Below, one piece after another: positions 24,201 to 54,364 of a stretch of DNA of 64,000 bases (positions within the stretch are counted from its first letter, which is position 1; every line of letters begins with the position of its first letter). The notes beneath the pieces were generated by a model that was not told the origin of the DNA, did not search any database, and was given only the letters and a program-made list of their open reading frames with translations. Both the position numbers and the translations under genes were made by a program. Source of the DNA: Paraspadella gotoi (taxonomy: Eukaryota > Animalia > Chaetognatha); NCBI GenBank assembly GCA_051294375.1, contig CM119266.1, positions 16,982,087 through 17,046,086 on the forward strand, given 5' to 3'.

Positions 24201-26810
24201 TCCAAAGTTCTTAATAAAGGTTTCGTAGATCTTTGGCTCGTCTTGAAATTTTTTATTGAGCTTCTTGTCGATGTACATTTTGGCGTAACGATTCGGCTCC
24301 AAGAACCAAGAGGGAGCGTGGTCGGCCNNNNNNNNNNATACAGTAAAAACATTCTTTGAAAGATTATGCCTCTTCATTGTGTGAATAAACGAGACTACGA
24401 GAGAGTTTTGCTATGTTATTATCTTGTAAGAGTGATGGAGGCCTTAAATCACCGAAGCCTGTCCAAAGTCATGGGTGCCTTATTTATTAAATTAATGGAT
24501 ATTTTGTATATTGGTTGTACCAATTTCACATAGTTGCTAATACATACCGAAAGGCCGAAACGTAAGCCGAGACTTCTTCGATGTATCTCGAAGTGTTGGT
24601 AAGCGTCGAGTGTGCCATATTAAGACTCGGCGAGAGCATAAAAAGGCCCAGAGCGTCGCCGATGCCCACACTCAGTTTCATCGAGTCAATGACTTGATCC
24701 AACTTTCGGAAGACGTCGATCTTCGTCGACTTAAGACCGCCAGGGACAGAATCGGTGCCGGCGATTTGATCCGGCATGTCGAATTGTTTCTGAAAATTTG
24801 TTTTCCGATGGTAGAATTTTGTCATCGTTGATAATTTTTAAGAGACCTGTTGTGTTTTTTTTAGGGAACGGTCAGAGATATAGAGTGAGAGAGAAAGAGA
24901 GATCAAGCAAAAAGTCTGAGGGCAAAACAACTGGCCAGTTGATCGTCCACATCCATTTCCATTCAGATTTTTTTTTTTTTTTCACTTTAAAACCAATTCC
25001 AAATTCGCTTCATCATCGAAGTTTTCATACATTGTCTAATGTCTAAGTGTAATGACTACACTTTTACCCTCTTTAGCATATGCGTGTACGTCTTCCAAAC
25101 GTCTTTTTAGTATTCACTCAACCTCGACTTTTCTTGAAACTCGACCCCCTCAGCTCACCGTGCCGATCCTGACTTTTTTGCCATCGTTGCAAGTGTACTC
25201 GAAGACGGGCATCCTGTATCCATCGTCCGTGTTGAGTTCCATCGGCAGGAGATCCAAATATGCAGCGTCGACGCCGCGGCTGATGCGGGAAAGGCCGGGA
25301 GGAGGGGAAGAGCAGCGCACGGTCTGAAGGTTGAAGACGGGGGAGATTGATCAAAAAGCTCAGTGACGCACCTAAGGACGCTAATAAAATGGAGCCCGGT
25401 AGGAAATAAAGAGAACACTATGAAAACGGAGATGATAGAAAAAAAATGGGGGAAAAAAATCATGCCTGGAGAGTAAACCGAAATAGGAAAATGAGGTAAG
25501 AGCTCGTTTGCTAGATTAATATTAGGATAATCTCGTTACTCGCCTTATTCTGCCGCTGTCGCCGTTTTAGCAGCCGCAGCTTCTCCTCCGCGCGAGAGAT
25601 AACGAGTTTTCTAACGGGGAAGCGGGAAGCCTCACTCGATTTCAACTCATCGGTGCTTTTGTTCTACCCGGCTAACACCCTTCTTTCATTTAACGTTTCC
25701 CCGTTCTCAAGCTTTCTCATTATTCTTTTTCATTCGTCGTTTGTCACTTCTTATCTGCAATTTCTTTAATTTCAAAGTTATCACACCTCTTTTTTTTCCC
25801 CCGAGTGGATTCTGCGTCTATCCTTCTAAACGCCTTTTCTCCCGTCACTCTAATTTTCCCCAGCACAATCGGCGTTTGCGAAGACCAATAAATTTCATTT
25901 CATGCAAATCGAATTATCTCTACTTTTTCTGATTTCACCCGGAAAATAATGACGGCATAATTTTTTTTTTTTTGAATCCTAATTTTAGTTTCATCTTTCG
26001 GTTTGTCGGTGGACATTATTCGTTACTGAAAAAAGATGATGAAGAGAGAGCGAAATGGAGGGGAAAACGGTTGTGTGCATAAAGATACGGAGGTCAGCTC
26101 GGTTAGCTACATATCTCATCACAGATAACAGATCATTCAATGCAAAATGAAAGTTGTGCGGAAAAATATGGTAACTATTAAAAGGTTCGAATACAGTCCA
26201 CACCCATATGAAGCTCAGGAAGGTCATGGGGCCTAGGTTCCAGAGCATAGATCCCATTCAAAGCCCTGTTCTGTACAGATGAGAAAAGATTGAGCAGGTT
26301 TTTCTACAAAAATGAGTTTCACAAGGGTTATGGTGACAGTTATAGGGCCTCCTAAGAAGAAAGAAGAACAACTGCACCAAAGCAAGAACATCGAACCCGG
26401 GAACTCAATAGCGGAACTCTGCTCAAATATCTCTGGATCAATACGAGGCCCGCCTATGGCAAATAAAAAATGCTAAACAAACAAAAAAAAATAAAAATAT
26501 AGAAAAATCGTCTTTTCTGATTGGAAAGATTTGCTACTGGGAAATTGCAAGGAATAAACCCTTTTTCCACAGCTTTTTTTGTTTTCGTCAGATCAGCGAT
26601 GTCGAAAACACCGAGTCGTCATGGTAACCCTTTTTCAACACCAACAACTTCACTCACCGATGAAAAGGAGGAAATCATTGACTTGAATTTGTTTGGTTTT
26701 TCCACTTTGACTTCGACATCAAAATCATCGTTTTTCTCCAGCACTAAGTCTGCGGTCGCGCTGCTTGCGCAAAGAATCCCCAAGATCCACGACGTCAACA
26801 TTTTTCTCAT
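21293..26810 (-). CDS. Secreted MACPF-domain pore-forming protein, perivitellin-2 67-kDa subunit-like, with three C-terminal Cys/Trp repeats
   Basis: Exons 26810-26658, 25323-25159, 24789-24548, (gap)24327-23992, 23917-23731, 22655-22526, 22028-21670, 21571-21293. Signal peptide; CSSPPPGLSRISRGVD; MACPF signature YETFIKNFGTHYFKNAIFGG; RYFGG...EWMPTVIDDPWLFRGDLVPIYELI; three repeats of CxxW...QC...C...Y(L/M/K)D(D/E)(T/S)DxRxGGCxxxW. Confidence 0.9.
22384..22452 (-). mobile_element. Helentron-associated non-autonomous element (HINE/DINE-1-like) terminus
   Basis: (GACC)n microsatellite, then AAGTGACTTA..AGTTGCT, then palindrome CCGCGAGTACTCGCGG and CGCAA. Related copies at 45457-45543, 50641-50710 and a partial one at 47332-47365. 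Confidence 0.6.
24328..24337. other. Assembly gap (10 N) removing the 5' end of MACPF exon 4
   Basis: N run directly abuts coding sequence ADHAPSWF. Confidence 0.95.
24389..24527 (-). repeat. Dispersed repeat, inverted copy of ~45065-45240
   Basis: Shares GGACAGGCTT.GGTG.TTTAAGGCCTCCATCACTCTTACAAGATAAT and the end motif GAAATTGGTACAACCA. The end motif also occurs at ~27415 and ~48965. Confidence 0.75.
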
Positions 26811-27990
26811 TTTTTTCTTGCGTCGGCAAAAAAAAAAAGAAGAAAAAAGCCTCGACATTAAAAACTCCGCTCGGCGGTGAATGATTGAGTCGACAGCGAG
26901 GGAAAGCCCGATTTTTAACGGGAAGGAAAGTGGCGTCGGTCACGTTTCAATCGGGTCTTTTTTCGTTTCTTATCAAGCATCTTCTCTATTTTATTTTCCT
27001 GACACTGATTCGCGCTCGATGAAAGATTTTCTAAGTGGATTCCGAATTTTTTTCTTATTGATATGAGAAAAAATGGCAAAAGCCAAAGAGTAGACACCAA
27101 TGACCATTTTAATCTAATGGCTTTCTTTTCACCATTCATTTACCTGACAGACTAAAAAAAGTGCAAAAAACTTGATAAGAATGGGGAATAATGGAAAAAC
27201 ACTTGAATTCTGTCTTTGCTCTTTGAAGAACCTTAAAAAAATAATTTCGAGCAATTTATATTTGTTTTTCAAGTTTGCATAAATTTCGGATTAAACATTA
27301 GCTTTAGCTCAAAACCACATTTTGTCCGAGTTTTATGTATGTACAAGTTTATTATTTGACTATTGAATCCAACAAAATATAACATTCAGTTAAATTTGGA
27401 GGTAGCATATATTTATATTGGTTGTACCAATTTCATATATGAAGCGCTCCAAGGGAAAGCCCTTAGGGGGAAAGTATTCCAAACTTTTAATGAAGCATCT
27501 AATGCTAATCCCCCTGGGGCAATTAAAAAAAACCCTTAGGGGGGACAAAAAGATAAGATTAGTACAACCCTTAAGTGACGTCAGCCCAACAGTACATGCG
27601 AGATTGAAAAATACTTACAAAAAATTAGCTAAAATAAAAATGTGGTTCAGTCATAATTTTTACGTTGCCCCAATTTCATAACTCGCCACTACTCGTCCTT
27701 AAAGTAGTTTTTTTTTCTACACTCGTAAGTGTTTATTTTCAAACGCAGAAATAAAAGGAAAATTAAATATAGTAAATTATTAAAACCGCTTATCGCTCTT
27801 AGCCTCTTAATATGTCACTCGAATCAAAGAGTCTTTGTGAATTCGCCGGAGAAAAAAAACTATTTAAGTCTTCTCAATCACTTCCAACAGCGACAGCCTT
27901 CAGCTTCACGTCCTATATTTTTTCCTTCATTTTTTCCCCCGTTGTTAATATTTTTTATATTTTTTTTTTGTTTTTCATTTTAGTTTCACA

Positions 27991-30409
<2,419 letters not shown>

Positions 30410-30695
30410 GATGCGGAAGTCGTCGATCGATTTGGGATTTTCGTTTGTTTAAGTTTTCGATTTCTTACATGTGAAAGGGAAAATTCGAGACTAATACGTT
30501 TTTTTCTCATGTTTAACAATAAAATGATTAATTGACTATGGCCTGATTTCTTCTAGCAAGCAAATTGATTTATACCCTATTAAAAACTCTACTGTATAAA
30601 CTGTATATAAAAACTCTATTGTATATAAAGGTGGGAGATAGAATATGCAATTTTTGGGTTTGTATTCCTCTTCGTGATACTACAACATAGATTGA

Positions 30696-30697
30696 TT

Positions 30698-30733
<36 letters not shown>

Positions 30734-30756
30734 TTTTTCCTTTCTTTCTTTCTTTT

Positions 30757-30787
<31 letters not shown>

Positions 30788-30845
30788 GTTCTCTCTCTAT
30801 CTCTCTCACGTTCTCTCTGTCACTTTTTTTCTTTTTTTCTTTTCT

Positions 30846-30881
<36 letters not shown>

Positions 30882-30990
30882 TCCTTCTTTCTTTCTTCTT
30901 TTCTTCTCGTTCTCTCTCTCCCACGTTCGCTCTGTCACTTTTTTCTTCTTTTTTCTTTTTTTCTTTCTTTCTTTCTTCTTTCTTCTTTCT

Positions 30991-31025
<35 letters not shown>

Positions 31026-31062
31026 CGTTCTCTCTCTATCTCTCTCACGTTCTCCCTGTCAC
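30696..31062. repeat. (TTTC)n compound microsatellite with a repeated TCTCTCACGTTCTCTCTGTCACTT unit
   Basis: Seen directly; generates spurious K/E/R- and F/L/S-rich ORFs. Confidence 0.95.
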
Positions 31063-31439
31063 TTTGGCACGCATCAGTCACCATAAGGAAAAGAAAAGAG
31101 GGAAAATAAACAGCACTTACGTAAATCATATTTTATTTGGCGGCGTCGTCTTCTGCTACTCCGGTCAATTTTGGGAGGATGGAATCGCCGTTTCCAGGCG
31201 GACACTTTGTTTGCGCTTCTCTCCGCGAAACCAGATAATCTCGGAAAATGCGTGTTTTGCTCTCCCAAATATAGTTAGGAGCAAACATAATGGATTTCGT
31301 GGAGGGAAAAGTGAGTAAAAATAAACGAAGAAAATAATCAATACTGACGTAAATTTTAAAGTAAAAGGTAAAAAAAAAAAAAAGAAAGAAAAAAACGGTG
31401 GTGCCGATTCTTCGGAAGTAAACATCGAATCTCAGCTCC

Positions 31440-37394
<5,955 letters not shown>

Positions 37395-38718
37395 TGCCCA
37401 CGGGAAAAATATATATATATAATATGACCGAGAATTATATATTTTATTTAAAAAAAAAGAAAGAACGTATAAATAAAATATTGGTTAAAGAATCTTAAAA
37501 AAAAATAAATAAGTAGCCCAATGTTTGGCTCTAGATTGAATTTTAAAGAGCGGCTTTCTAACCTTTATTCGTATAAAAAACTTTTTTTGAAATTGTGAAA
37601 TCTGTTTTCGTTGTCGCGACCATTTTCGATGGGTGAGGAACTGAGGATATTCGACTCTTAAGACATATTATTGGGGTTTTTCTAGTGGCCGCGTTAATGA
37701 TATCTATTTAAATTGGCAAATTATTTTTAATTTATAACTTTCTTATGTATAGACTACAGAGAAACGTGAAAATTTGGTTTTAAGTAAAGCCACCGATTTT
37801 TTTCCCCTCGTTTTGCTTTTTCATTTAGGGCCTTTGTAACGAGGCAGTGGTTACTTTGAGAACAATGTTATTAACAATGTTATTAACAATGTTATTAACA
37901 ACATTATTAATATCGTCAAAATCTAAGGAGATGTTTTATTTTCACGTTTGAAATTTATACTCAATATTAGGGCGGAGGCATCAATTGCGATCATAAAAAT
38001 ATCATTATAATAATTAAATGATGCACAAATAATGATTCATTATTGTGATAATGATTACTTTTTAAGCAGAATTTTCTTTTATATTCTATACCAGACCTGT
38101 ATTTTCAATTATATATTTCTCATCAAAAGAGCTCTTTCGAATTAGAAAATACCAATTTTTTTTAAATATGTATATTAGTTGTTTTGATATTCGTGTTAAA
38201 AGCTACAAAAGTTGCGACTTATTTATTTTTCAAAATGGTGCAATTTTTAATCTCTATACATAGGTATATTATCTTTTTAATCATTTTCTGGTCATTTTCA
38301 TATATTGTCGTAATCCTCGTCATTTTTATCGTACAGCGTCAGCATCATTGTCTTAATGTAATTGTTGATCGTTGTATATAAAAACTAAAAAAAAATTAAA
38401 ACTTTTAAATTTGGTGGATTAAATAATGAATTAATGATGTACAAATCTAATGAAAATCTTTTTTTCTGGTGATTTCGAATGATAGATCGGATTAGAGTTG
38501 GATGTTGTATAGGGACGTAAGAAGTTTTTGGTTACATTTATTTTTCTCGAGGTTCCTGATTTCGGTAAGTCAAAAAAGTTGAAAACTCGTCCTTATATAT
38601 AAAAATGATAACGAGCACGTACATTATTACTTAAGTCTCTAAACTATAATTTTTAAAATTCATCCCCAACCATAAAATTAAGAAAAATCATGCGGCCAAA
38701 GCTAAAACCGAATATATT

Positions 38719-38812
<94 letters not shown>

Positions 38813-38945
38813 ATCTGGTGGTGAGAGAGAGATAAATTCGAAACAACACACCCTTTCGAAAAGCACGCATCGCTCTATCGTTTTTGGGGTGCTGTAATTG
38901 TCGACATAACTACACTGCATCCACCACCATTCTCTCTTTCTCCTT

Positions 38946-38983
<38 letters not shown>

Positions 38984-38993
38984 CTCTTTCTCT

Positions 38994-39080
<87 letters not shown>
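38719..39080. repeat. (GA)n and (CT)n microsatellites in inverted orientation
   Basis: GA run 38719-38809 followed by CT run ~38931-39080. Confidence 0.95.
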
Positions 39081-39084
<4 letters not shown>

Positions 39085-39367
39085 CACGCTCTCCCGCTTA
39101 TTCGCTCCCTATCTCCACATACTCTGAACACCAGCTACAATTTCGAATTGCCTTTTTTCTTCCTTCTAAACTGACCCCGCAAGTGAGTCCTTCGACGCGC
39201 AATCTTCTCTGACTTCCGGTTGGCAACGAAGCGTGACACGCGGCAGTGCCATTATTCGGACGACGCTCCGGAGTCATTTCAAATACGAAAGCGTCAATAA
39301 AGATAAAAACAACCTAACGACTACCAATCCCACTACATTACAGTTTTTATAAAAAGTTTTCTATTTT

Positions 39368-39407
<40 letters not shown>

Positions 39408-39707
39408 TTTTTCTTTCTTTCTTTCTTTCTTTCTTCCCTTCTTGCTTTTTGCTCCCTTTTTATTTTTGTTCTATTTTTTTTTTTTTTAAATTTCTTTTCA
39501 GTTTTTCAGCCCCCACCACCATCCCCATCATATCCAGCTTTTTTCAGATAGGATTTTTCGATCGCTATCCTCACCGGCTTTGAGCCTCGTCGTTTTCAGC
39601 GTCGTCGTCCTCATCGTCGAGGTTCAGCCCGCGAGTTTCGGAGCCCATTCAGCCAGGCGCGCATCGCGTTTCGCCGCCCCGTCGATTTACTTCTTTCTTT
39701 CCTTCCT

Positions 39708-39795
<88 letters not shown>

Positions 39796-40069
39796 TTTGA
39801 TAATTTTCATTTCTATTTTCTCTCCCTCTTTTTTTTTTCTTTTTTCTTTCTCTACTCTCTCTCTCTCTCTCTCTATCGGAATTATAAATTAAACTTCTGC
39901 GATCTACGTAATCTTCTAAACATCATTTCAATCTACAGTCATAAAACAAGAATTGCGTCTGGTTAACGAGTGTTTAGGCGATTCTCAGATATCTCGAGCG
40001 TCCTTGTCTCAGTGCGTGCGAAGCAGAGGTTTTCTGGAAGCGTCGCCGTGGATATACTTTTTTTGGCGC

Positions 40070-40149
<80 letters not shown>

Positions 40150-40657
40150 CTATCTCCGTACATACAATGAGAACATCATCGCTCCCTGCTTTTTCCCCGG
40201 CAAAGTTAACGATTTAACGAGTGAAAAAGTTTGTTGCGATTTCGTGGGACGAATCGATTTGGTTATACATATAAAAAATATCAGCTTCGAAATTAAACTC
40301 ACGACGCTTTGCGATCGGTTGGGAAAATGGATTACTACTACCCAGTTCGACGAATCGTTTCGAAAGACTTCAGGCAAACGAACAGCAAACAACAATAACG
40401 AATAAAAAGATTCAAGAATACGAAATGATGCGAATTGAAAACGAAATCTTAAAAGAAAAGGCCAAAATGGACGCCTTGAGAAATTTTTCATTGTTTTTTT
40501 GTTGTTTCGTCAGAGAAAAACCCGGAACATGGTTCTCGTGCATGTTTATTCTTTAACTAAAGAATCATAAATGAATTCAAATGAAAATACAAACCTAAAA
40601 AATATAATAAAATTAAAAGCCTTTTTCATTTAGTCTGACTGTTTATGTATTTTTTTT

Positions 40658-40726
<69 letters not shown>

Positions 40727-41949
40727 CATTCTCTATAATACTTTTTTTTCACGCGCCGCCTATGCATATAATTTTTTCTCGACAAGATTAAACATTTTTG
40801 AAATTTTATATTAAAAATGTAATGTAAATTTGTCATCGCGTGCTGTTCACTTCAGTGAGAAAAAAAATCTGTCCCACCTTATCGCCCACGGCGTAGTCAT
40901 CATGGTTTCCGCCGTCAACCTCCTTAAGAACGCCGCTCCTCACAAGGCTCAATTCCGATTGGATAAGTCGTTCCCTACTTCCTAACCTCAGACTCCGATT
41001 GGTTTATTCTCAACTTGTGAATGCAATATGAATCTGTCAAGTTTTCTCATGAAGGCCGTTTATTGGCCGAAAGTCAAATCAGTGGCCAGCCATTGGTTGG
41101 AGTTTTCCCGACGGTAGAACGAATCCTGGTTTTGCGAGCACGTGGTGACGCTTAGACTGAAGCGCAAGTCAGTCGCAACGACGCTTTCTAGAAACATGGC
41201 ATTTTTCTAGTCACGGAGATGATGTTGATGCTTATGATTATTATCATGACTCTTGTTCTTATATTAAATTTAGATAATAAAAAATGCCAAATTCGAAGGG
41301 AAACCTTTTTCCAAAAACTATTATGAATTATGATCCAAAAATAGCTTTAGCTGAAACGGTCTTGTCTGATTTTAATGACCGTTCTTTGATTTTTTTTACA
41401 TCTTAATTATCTTAAAAGTTTTTTTTCCTTACTTTACATAACCAGTAACTTTAGAATAGAAAAAGATTCAACTTAATAAAAGATCATCCTGAATCCTGAT
41501 TGCGATGAATTAATGATTCATCCTTTCATTAACTATCAGACTATCAGACTATCAGACAGCTTCAGATTAGACTGTTACACTATGCTATATCCTGGCGATC
41601 ACCGAGCTGAAACCTTTGATATGGGAGGGGAATATCTTGCTTCCGGCTCATATGACCGATATGAACGACTTGTGGATTAAAAGCTATGATAAATTTTTAG
41701 CAGAAGATTAAAATTATCTATCTTATGCTTATGGAAACTTTTTTCAATAATTTAAAATTAAAATTAAAATCTTTCCGGGAGGAGAAAAAATAAAACTACA
41801 ATATTATTAGTTCCGTTGGAAATAAGGGTTTAACTAATGATATATGATATAACTAATGATAAAATTTTTTGGGTTAATTTTCTTAAATTGATTATATCAT
41901 CAATTTAAGCAATGAGCAATTGCATAGAAATAGCAGGCCCTTCTTAAAA

Positions 41950-42185
41950 GGTCCAAAAGCGCCCCATCCCTGTTTCTTAAACCCTAAATTATTTACCCAT
42001 AATCTTTTATGAAACCCAGAACCCAGTCCCTAACCCTAATCCTAATCTAATTCTTAAACCCAAACCCTAATCACTAACCTAATCATTAACCTTAATCGTT
42101 TACTTAATCCTTAACTTCAAACATAATCTTTAAACATAAAAACTAAATTGCGACTTTGAGATAAAATAGGGTATTTTGGAAAAAT
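41950..42185. repeat. MITE-like repeat with degenerate (CCCTAA)n interior
   Basis: CAAAAGCGCCCC end motif plus CCCTAACCCTAATCCTAATCTAA. Related copies at ~40-200, ~1090-1160 and 56693-56945. Confidence 0.55.
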
Positions 42186-44626
42186 AAGGCAAATAATCCT
42201 CCTCCAATTGATAAGATAGTCGTGAAAAAAAGTATATGTAATTTCAGTCCTTATTCGGCCTGTCTTGAAGGGATTAGGAACCCAATATTTTTATTTAATA
42301 TGTTAGGTTTTCTTATAAAAAAAATATTTTATTATAAGCCTTTTATTGATGCCTAGTTTTATATTAATTATTAACCAAGGATAAAAGCTATGCTGAGATG
42401 AGATTTTAAAATTTTTTTTTATGCTTTTCATTTTTGTGGCTTTGTGTTTTTACCCCGCTATTCGTCTCAACATAAGCAACAGGTTTTTGAAAATTTTAGA
42501 TGTAAAATTCAATTTTAAATAATTGATAAATAATTATAATTATTTATACATCTCCATTCTGTATTTCAGAATTAAAATTGCTACTTATTATCTTCTGAAA
42601 ACTCCCGTTTCATCATTAGTTTTTTCATGAATATTTCAAAATTACTTGTATTACCATTACAAAATAATTTTTCAAAAATAATATAGTAAATATTAAATCT
42701 ATTTATTTTATTTTATATATCTAAAATACAGGGTTTTCTAGCTCTTCTAGGTCTTTTAGTAACTTGATTATAACCAATAATATTTCAAAAATCTGTTTGA
42801 TCTTACCTTTTAGTTGATATCAAAAAGGGCTGCCAAGCCTAAAGTGAAATAAAAACTTTTTAAAACTTCTTTTAAAGACAAAGAATACACGGTGTTTTTG
42901 AAAGACTTATGAAGTGGCACGTTTTTTTTTTATCATTTGTAGAAAATCAAAAACAGAAAAGGGTTGAATGGAGATTGTTTTGGAATTAGGGTAACATAAG
43001 ATTGGTTCTTATCCTAAGAGATAAAACTATTATATCCTTTTTGGTAAATTAGACAAATTAGACTAACTTACTATACTTTTCCCCTACAGATATTATGGAG
43101 GGCCGAAGAAAGCGTCGCACGCGTCATAATTTTTATCACTAAAAAGAGGAAAACCTAAACTGGACACTACAAAACAAAGAAGGCCGCCTAAAAAATACAA
43201 TATTTATGTAAATCCGCACTTCAGGCAGCTTCGCACGGTGGATATATGAAAGATAAAATTAAGATGAGATAAATCACTGAGCTCAATTTAACTGGATTAA
43301 CAAAACCAAGTTTGTATTTTGTATACAATTGGAATATGTATTGAGTACAATTGCAGGTTCTTTCTTTGACAATTTTCAAATTTGAAAAATTATTCAGGTG
43401 TAGAATAAAAACAATATCTAGTAAATATATATTGATGGCAAAATCAAATTGAATCAAAAAATCAAATTCATAACGTGGCACTTGACATATCTCATCTTAT
43501 TCACGATTTCTCTACATGAAATAATTAAATAAATTAACTATTAAACTGGACACGATTCTTATTTGCCTGTCTCATCCAAAAAACCCACACATATCTCGCT
43601 TCCTTCACGCCATCTCACCAGCCTGCTTATTTCGCCTACTTCGCGAACTTTTTTGTACAATTTAGTAAACAAAAGCCTTTCCGTTTTAAAATAATTTTTG
43701 ACAACCCGGCTCCCGCTTTCATCCCTTTTTTCGTTTTGACGCCATCTTTAGAGCGAATTTGAATTAAAAATCAAGGAAAGCAAAAACTGACACTTTCCGA
43801 TCAAAAAGTTCTCAATTCCCTATCTTTACTCGATTTCGATGTCTGGTCATCAAAAAATTTTAAATCTATATATAGAACCTACATCGACCGATGCGCCGGT
43901 AAGAGCAATGTTCATCAACTAATCCATCAATCGAAAAACGCGCAACGTAATTTATTTTGTCTAAATTCGACGTCGTTGTACAGTAAGGTGGATAAACTGA
44001 ATATGGTGAGCTGTAATTCTAAAATCATATCATTCAACCAAGTTTTTTGATTGTCAGCGATGATAAAGTATTAAAAGAAATATAGACTTTGTGTACAATA
44101 ATTTCATTTTTTATTGAAAGGCCTAAAATGTTATACCCCATAGAAAAACGCTAGGTATTTTCGCAGGTATGTTTTTTATAAAAAGTTAAACATTATTTTA
44201 ACAAATTTGTATTTTATTTTAAAAGGGCTGGATTTTTAAATTGATACAAATTTTTTTTATCAAAAGTATTTTTTAACATCTATTTTTTATGGTAAAATTT
44301 TCTACTCAGCCTAGTTAAAGATTTGGAATATAAGTGTACTTATAAAAAATATTCACAAAAAATATTTTTTTAAAAAACCGCTCTCTACATTACTGTACAG
44401 CCTGCTCCTTAAACAATTTAAGCGCTTCACTTTATCATTTTGAGTTTTTATTGCGGCGGTCCTCTTCTCTCAATTCACCATTTTGAAATAATAAAACAAA
44501 TATCTAAAGCAAAGTACTTCAAATTCAAATTTCTAAATGAAAAAAAACTGGCTCAAATAAACGTGCCGAATGACCCTAATATTGACGGCCAATTTTGCTG
44601 ACTGAAAATCAAACAGAGGGCGCAAC

Positions 44627-51819
<7,193 letters not shown>

Positions 51820-54364
51820 AGTGATTCTCCTTTTCTTGGAAGGGCATGCTAGAACCTAAGGCAGAAATAGACTCACGCAATGGCGGACTCTTACAAAGCC
51901 AAAAAATGGGAAAACACCGTTTTTGTATCTCTTTAATATCTTGCTTTTTTTGCAATCATTTTCTGTTTTAATTTATAATTTTGACCCATTAAATATTTTC
52001 TAAGTAGGATCGTGGACTCGATTCATGTTTTTTTTAATATTTGTTATTAAGCTTTTAATCTAAAAAATAAAAATAAAATAAGAAATTATAGTATAGTTAT
52101 ATGCATTAAAACGTTTAGTTTATAGCTTATCAAATGGCAAATTTTTTATTACAAATAGTTTTATTGGAATTACGCCTTTTCTTGTCTCAAAAATATAATT
52201 ATCAATCTTGAATAGTATTAACTTTCTCAGCATTTTCTGAGAAAGAAAAAGTGAACTGGTTTGAAATTAATAAAAACCTATTTGAATTAACTATCGTATT
52301 TTTGACAAAAAAATGTTATTTTACTTTAATCGAAAATTATTAAGAAAAACGAAAATTTCTTATGCTAAGTGGTATTTATAGTTTGCTTTAAAGGGATACT
52401 GACACTGAGGGGAAAAAATTAAAGCTTTCCATAAAGATTTGAGAAAATTTGGAAAGCAATACTGAATGTATTTGGTGCAAAGTGTAGGGTCACCAACCAA
52501 TAGGGGGTTTAAAACATATAGAAAATATAAAATTAGGGTCATCCTAACCGTTAATGATAACCGTTAATAATTTAAACAAAACCGTTAATATATTCAAATA
52601 ACAGTTAATTTCGGTTAATTTTATGGCTTAAAATCTTCGGATTTTGGGAAGAAAGATGTTTTTCTTCTTCCTTTTATTTCACCCCTCACCATCTCATTTT
52701 TGATCTCTTTTTTATTTTCTTTTAATATATTTTTCTTCCCCTCCCTGTTTCCTTATTTTTCTTCTCTTTCTTCTTTCCTTCTTCTCCCACTCCCTTTCTC
52801 TTGCCCTTTTAATAATTTCTAATACAAACTTTGGATCTGGCGGCAGGCGCGTGCCTTACGGCGGGTTAACCGGTTAACCTTTTTACATGACAACCTCAGG
52901 GCTCAAACCAGCGACGCGCAATGGGATGGTACACTGAGCCACTAAAGCAGCTTTAAATCATCTGTGGTAAAAGGACTACTTGAACTTTAATATTATTTCA
53001 ACGAGTTCTATCTTAATTGAAGAATGAAAGGAAAAGGAATGAAAATAGTAACAATACTCCAGAGAGTTGTTACAATAACAAAAGATAAAAGGAATAAAAC
53101 TAACAAACTAGAAAATTTTATCTTGACTGATATAAAAAAAAAGATATTGTGTAATTAAAGATAATGATGGTATTGTTTAATTATAGCTATAATACTGAAA
53201 ATTTAAATATGGCTTCTCATATTGATATTTTACATATTTTTTATTTAAAATTACTTAAAAATATTAATAATCTTTATCGTCGTATCAATGGATCGTTATC
53301 TCCGCTTAAAAAAAATTATCATCCTTTCAATAAAAGATATCAGCTCATCAATAAATTGTTATCCTAAATGTTACTGATTGATTATCATTGTTTACTGTTG
53401 ATTATGATTGGTTGATTTATTATTATTGACTGTTACAGTATTAAATGATTGTCATTATTGATTGACGAATAATTGTTGGACGATTAACATTCATTGATTG
53501 ATGATCTTGGATTGATTATAATGGATTGCCCAGGTTTACCCGCATATCAATTAATAATACTATCTATGAATTATCAATAGAAAATTACTAGAGGATCTTG
53601 AATTGATGACGGTGGATGAGTGTTCTTGTATTAATATTTTTTTTAAATATTCTAGCTAGCGATATAACTATACTTTAAATTTATTAGTTTTATTTTAAGG
53701 AGTTTGTGATGAGACTGACTCGGCGCTTTATATGAAAAGTGTTAATACTTTTAATCTACCAGTTCAACCCTCGGGGCTCTTCCTTGATCTTAGGAGGGCA
53801 AAGCCCTGCCGGTGCCCCCGGAGGCAGAAGCCGGTCGCCGGGTGTGATAAAAGTGGATTTAGATTTGGTTACACGCTTATCTTTTTCTCTTAAATTCCCT
53901 CTCAATATTCCTTTTTATGACATAATTTTTTTTTGTCTTCAACACTATTAAGCAACGTAAAGATAAAAAAAAAGATAAAGAACACCATTAAACTTATGTT
54001 TTTCATCTCAATATGTCTGAGTCCAAATCTTTTTTAGGTTTCCAGCTTGTCCTTTACTTTTGAGTTTTTGCTACACCTCTTTTACTCTGTTGTGCTTAAA
54101 ATTGACCATAATAAATCTTTGTAAATCTCATCCAAAGTTTTTAAGCCTGAAAAGAAAATTGCAACAGAAATAAGGTCAAACTAATTTTACCATACATATA
54201 TTTTCATTTCTGTATTTTGTTGTGTCCATAAATTGTTTCTAACAACTTCCCTAAAATTGATTGACACGTGTTGCCAGTTTTCTTGCAGGGCGAAAATCTG
54301 CACCATATTTCGCATGGCGATTAAAATATATTGACAATCACAACTGATCAATAAATCTTTCCAG

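Noticed and set aside
30570-31318. KERK- and FLSF-rich ORFs
   Set aside because: Translations of TTTC microsatellites.
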